64,000 nucleotides of DNA from a bacterium. GTDB lineage: Bacteria; Zhuqueibacterota; Zhuqueibacteria; Residuimicrobiales; Krinioviventaceae. The position numbers and the translations under genes are program-made. The notes beneath the pieces are model-generated. The model was not told the DNA's origin and did not search any database. It was given only the letters and a program-made list of their open reading frames with translations. Below, piece by piece: positions 62,106 through 64,000 of the stretch. Where the stretch lies: assembly GCA_963675755.2 (NCBI GenBank), contig CAXXMD010000002.1, forward strand, positions 2,240,001 to 2,304,000. The letters are read 5' to 3'. Within the stretch, counting starts at the first letter, position 1. The number at the start of each line of letters is the position of its first letter.

Positions 62106-62786
62106 ATGAAAAAATATATAATCTGGCTAATAATATGTTTTGCTGGCAGCCTGGCTGCGCAAAATCTCCAAGTCCATTACGATTTTGGCAAAGATCGTGA
62201 ATATGTGACAACCACGCTGGAAATGTTCAAACCCGATGAATATGGCGCTACATTTTTCTTTGTTGATATGGATTATGATTACCCCGGTAACCAAAGCATG
62301 TCTATGGGATATTGGGAATTTGCCCGATATATCAACCTGCCATTTGTACCAGGACTTTCAGCTACTGTTCAATATAATGATGGAGTTATGGCAATACCGG
62401 ACGATGAAGGCTCAACATTCGCAATTCCATTGGGGCATGCGTGGCTTGCCGGCCTCACGTATCCTATTGACCTGAAATTCATCACCCTCAATACAGAACT
62501 GCTTTACCGGTATCAATGGGGATCTGACAATCCGGATATGCAGATCACATTTGTCTGGTTTAAATCTTTATTTAATGATAAAATTCATTTCACCGGTTAT
62601 TGGGATATCTGGACTCAGGACGACTTTTCAGGAGAAAAACAAACCATCATACAAACCGAACCCCAACTCTGGTATATTCTGGGTAAACATCTGGCAATTG
62701 GCAGCGAGGTTGAAATCAGTAAAAACTTTTTGCCATATGAAGGATGGCAGTTTATGCCGACTTGCGGACTGAAATGGGAATTTTAA
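62106..62786 (+). CDS. DUF5020 family outer-membrane protein (Tsx-like nucleoside channel)
   Basis: QNLQVHYDFG, TTTLEMFKPD..G.TFFFVDMDY, EPQLWY, GSEVEIS, terminal Phe. Confidence 0.85.
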   Translation: MKKYIIWLIICFAGSLAAQNLQVHYDFGKDREYVTTTLEMFKPDEYGATFFFVDMDYDYPGNQSMSMGYWEFARYINLPFVPGLSATVQYNDGVMAIPDDEGSTFAIPLGHAWLAGLTYPIDLKFITLNTELLYRYQWGSDNPDMQITFVWFKSLFNDKIHFTGYWDIWTQDDFSGEKQTIIQTEPQLWYILGKHLAIGSEVEISKNFLPYEGWQFMPTCGLKWEF

Positions 62787-62801
62787 AAAGAGGGAAATGA
62801 C

Positions 62802-64000
62802 ATGCTGAGTATTTTCGATCTTGAAAAGAACGGCACCACAATTAAAACTGAAATCATTGCCGGTATAACTTCTTTTCTGGCAACTATGTACATAATCGTT
62901 GTTAATCCCGCAATGATAAGCGAAACAGGGATGCCCTTTAGTGCGGTATTGACAGCAACCGTGCTGGTTAGCGCATTCAGTAGTATAATGATGGGTATTT
63001 ATGCCAATAACCCGATAGTATTGGCACCAGGCATGGGTATTAATGCATTTTTCACATTTTCAGTTGTGCTGGGCATGGGTATTCCTTGGGAAACTGCATT
63101 GGGTGCTACCTTTTGGTCTGGTATTATTTTTCTATTGTTGTCCATATTCAATATTCGCACAATGATTGTAAAGGCAATCCCCAAACAGATACGATATGCC
63201 GTTGCGGCAGGTATTGGTCTATTTATAACAATCATTGGATTTTTCAATGCAAAATTTATCATCGCAAATCCCGCTACCGTTATTGGAATGAACAGCATGA
63301 ATGCAATTACCTGGACCTTTATTGCAGGTCTGTTTATTACTTCCTTGCTCATAGCCAAAAGAGTACATGGTGCGTTAATTTTTGGAATAGCCGCAACAAC
63401 CCTGCTCGCCTGGCCCATTGGCAGATTCTGGGGAGACGCAACTGAATTATTTGGTTCCAGAACACTGGTAGCCTGGCAGGGAATTTGGGCCGCACCGGAT
63501 TTCAGCCTGCTGTTGAAAATGGATCTTTTACATTCCTTACAATTGGCCATGTTTCCTGTAATATTTGCCTTTTTGTTTACAGACATGTTTGACAGTCTTT
63601 CAACTTTTATTGGAGTGGCCGAGGCCGCGGATATTACGGATGAAAATGGCGAACCGCGCAATATCAAGCAATCCCTCATTGTGGATGCATTGTCAACAAC
63701 CGTTTCAGGTATAACAGGCACCAGTGCCGGCACAAGCTATATTGAATCTGCAGCAGGTATTGAAGAAGGCGGACGTACAGGCCTCACTGCAATTGTTGCA
63801 GGCCTGCTTTTCATTCCGTTCATGTTTTTCTCACCATTACTCTCTGTTGTACCTTCAATTGCAACTGCACCTGCATTGGTTCTGGTTGGGGTTTTTATGA
63901 TGAATCCGGTTTAAACGGATCAACTGGTCAAAATTCGACGACGCCATCCCCGCGTTTCTGGCTATGATATTAATTCCCCTTACTTATTCGATCTCGCAGG
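62802..64000 (+). pseudogene. NCS2/AzgA-type purine permease, interrupted by a one-base insertion near 63912 (or sequence error); runs off the window edge
   Basis: TEIIAGITSF, LAPGMGINAFF, YIESAAGIEEGGRTGL. After TAA (63912-63914) the +1 frame continues KRINWSKFDDAIPAFLAMILIPLTYSISQ. Confidence 0.8.

Noticed and set aside
63909-63916. TTTAAAC as a programmed -1 frameshift site
   Set aside because: The heptamer is out of phase with the reading frame and the shift needed is +1.
1-64000. CRISPR array, tRNA or rRNA genes
   Set aside because: No regularly spaced repeats or tRNA/rRNA signatures seen by eye; the intergenic gaps are short and otherwise accounted for.

Overview
Mostly core chromosome of an anaerobic or facultative diderm bacterium. 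Gene content (archaeal/eukaryal-type ProS, FCB-like SecA, DUF5020, [FeFe]-hydrogenases, Rex) suggests an FCB-group lineage such as KSB1/Calditrichota; this is inference only. Layout: a very AT-rich two-gene island at the left edge (1-3960); a long minus-strand housekeeping run (spoIID-like, era, alsT, proS, PTS EIIA/EIIB, hprK, hpf, xerC, topA-like, smg, secA, nusB, ilvE, recJ, rnpB); an Omp85-DUF4390-kinase-regulator operon; a Rex-headed Hfs/HydS [FeFe]-hydrogenase operon; a SAS-TPR alarmone synthetase; an M13 peptidase; an IS1182 element; two gnd paralogues; a LacI-controlled TRAP/sugar-acid operon; and a purine uptake pair with a frameshifted permease. Most striking observations: (1) a 2076-aa SecA with intact motor motifs, in which the preprotein cross-linking domain carries about 9 tandem degenerate repeats and the helical wing about 6; (2) the topA-position gene is a full-length ORF that has lost most catalytic motifs but kept its zinc ribbons; (3) a sugar-acid operon where a PPi-type PfkA paralogue sits where a gluconate kinase is expected, beside a LarA-family epimerase, with NAD-type and NADP-type Gnd paralogues nearby. 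All assignments come from motif recognition by eye; no database searches were run.
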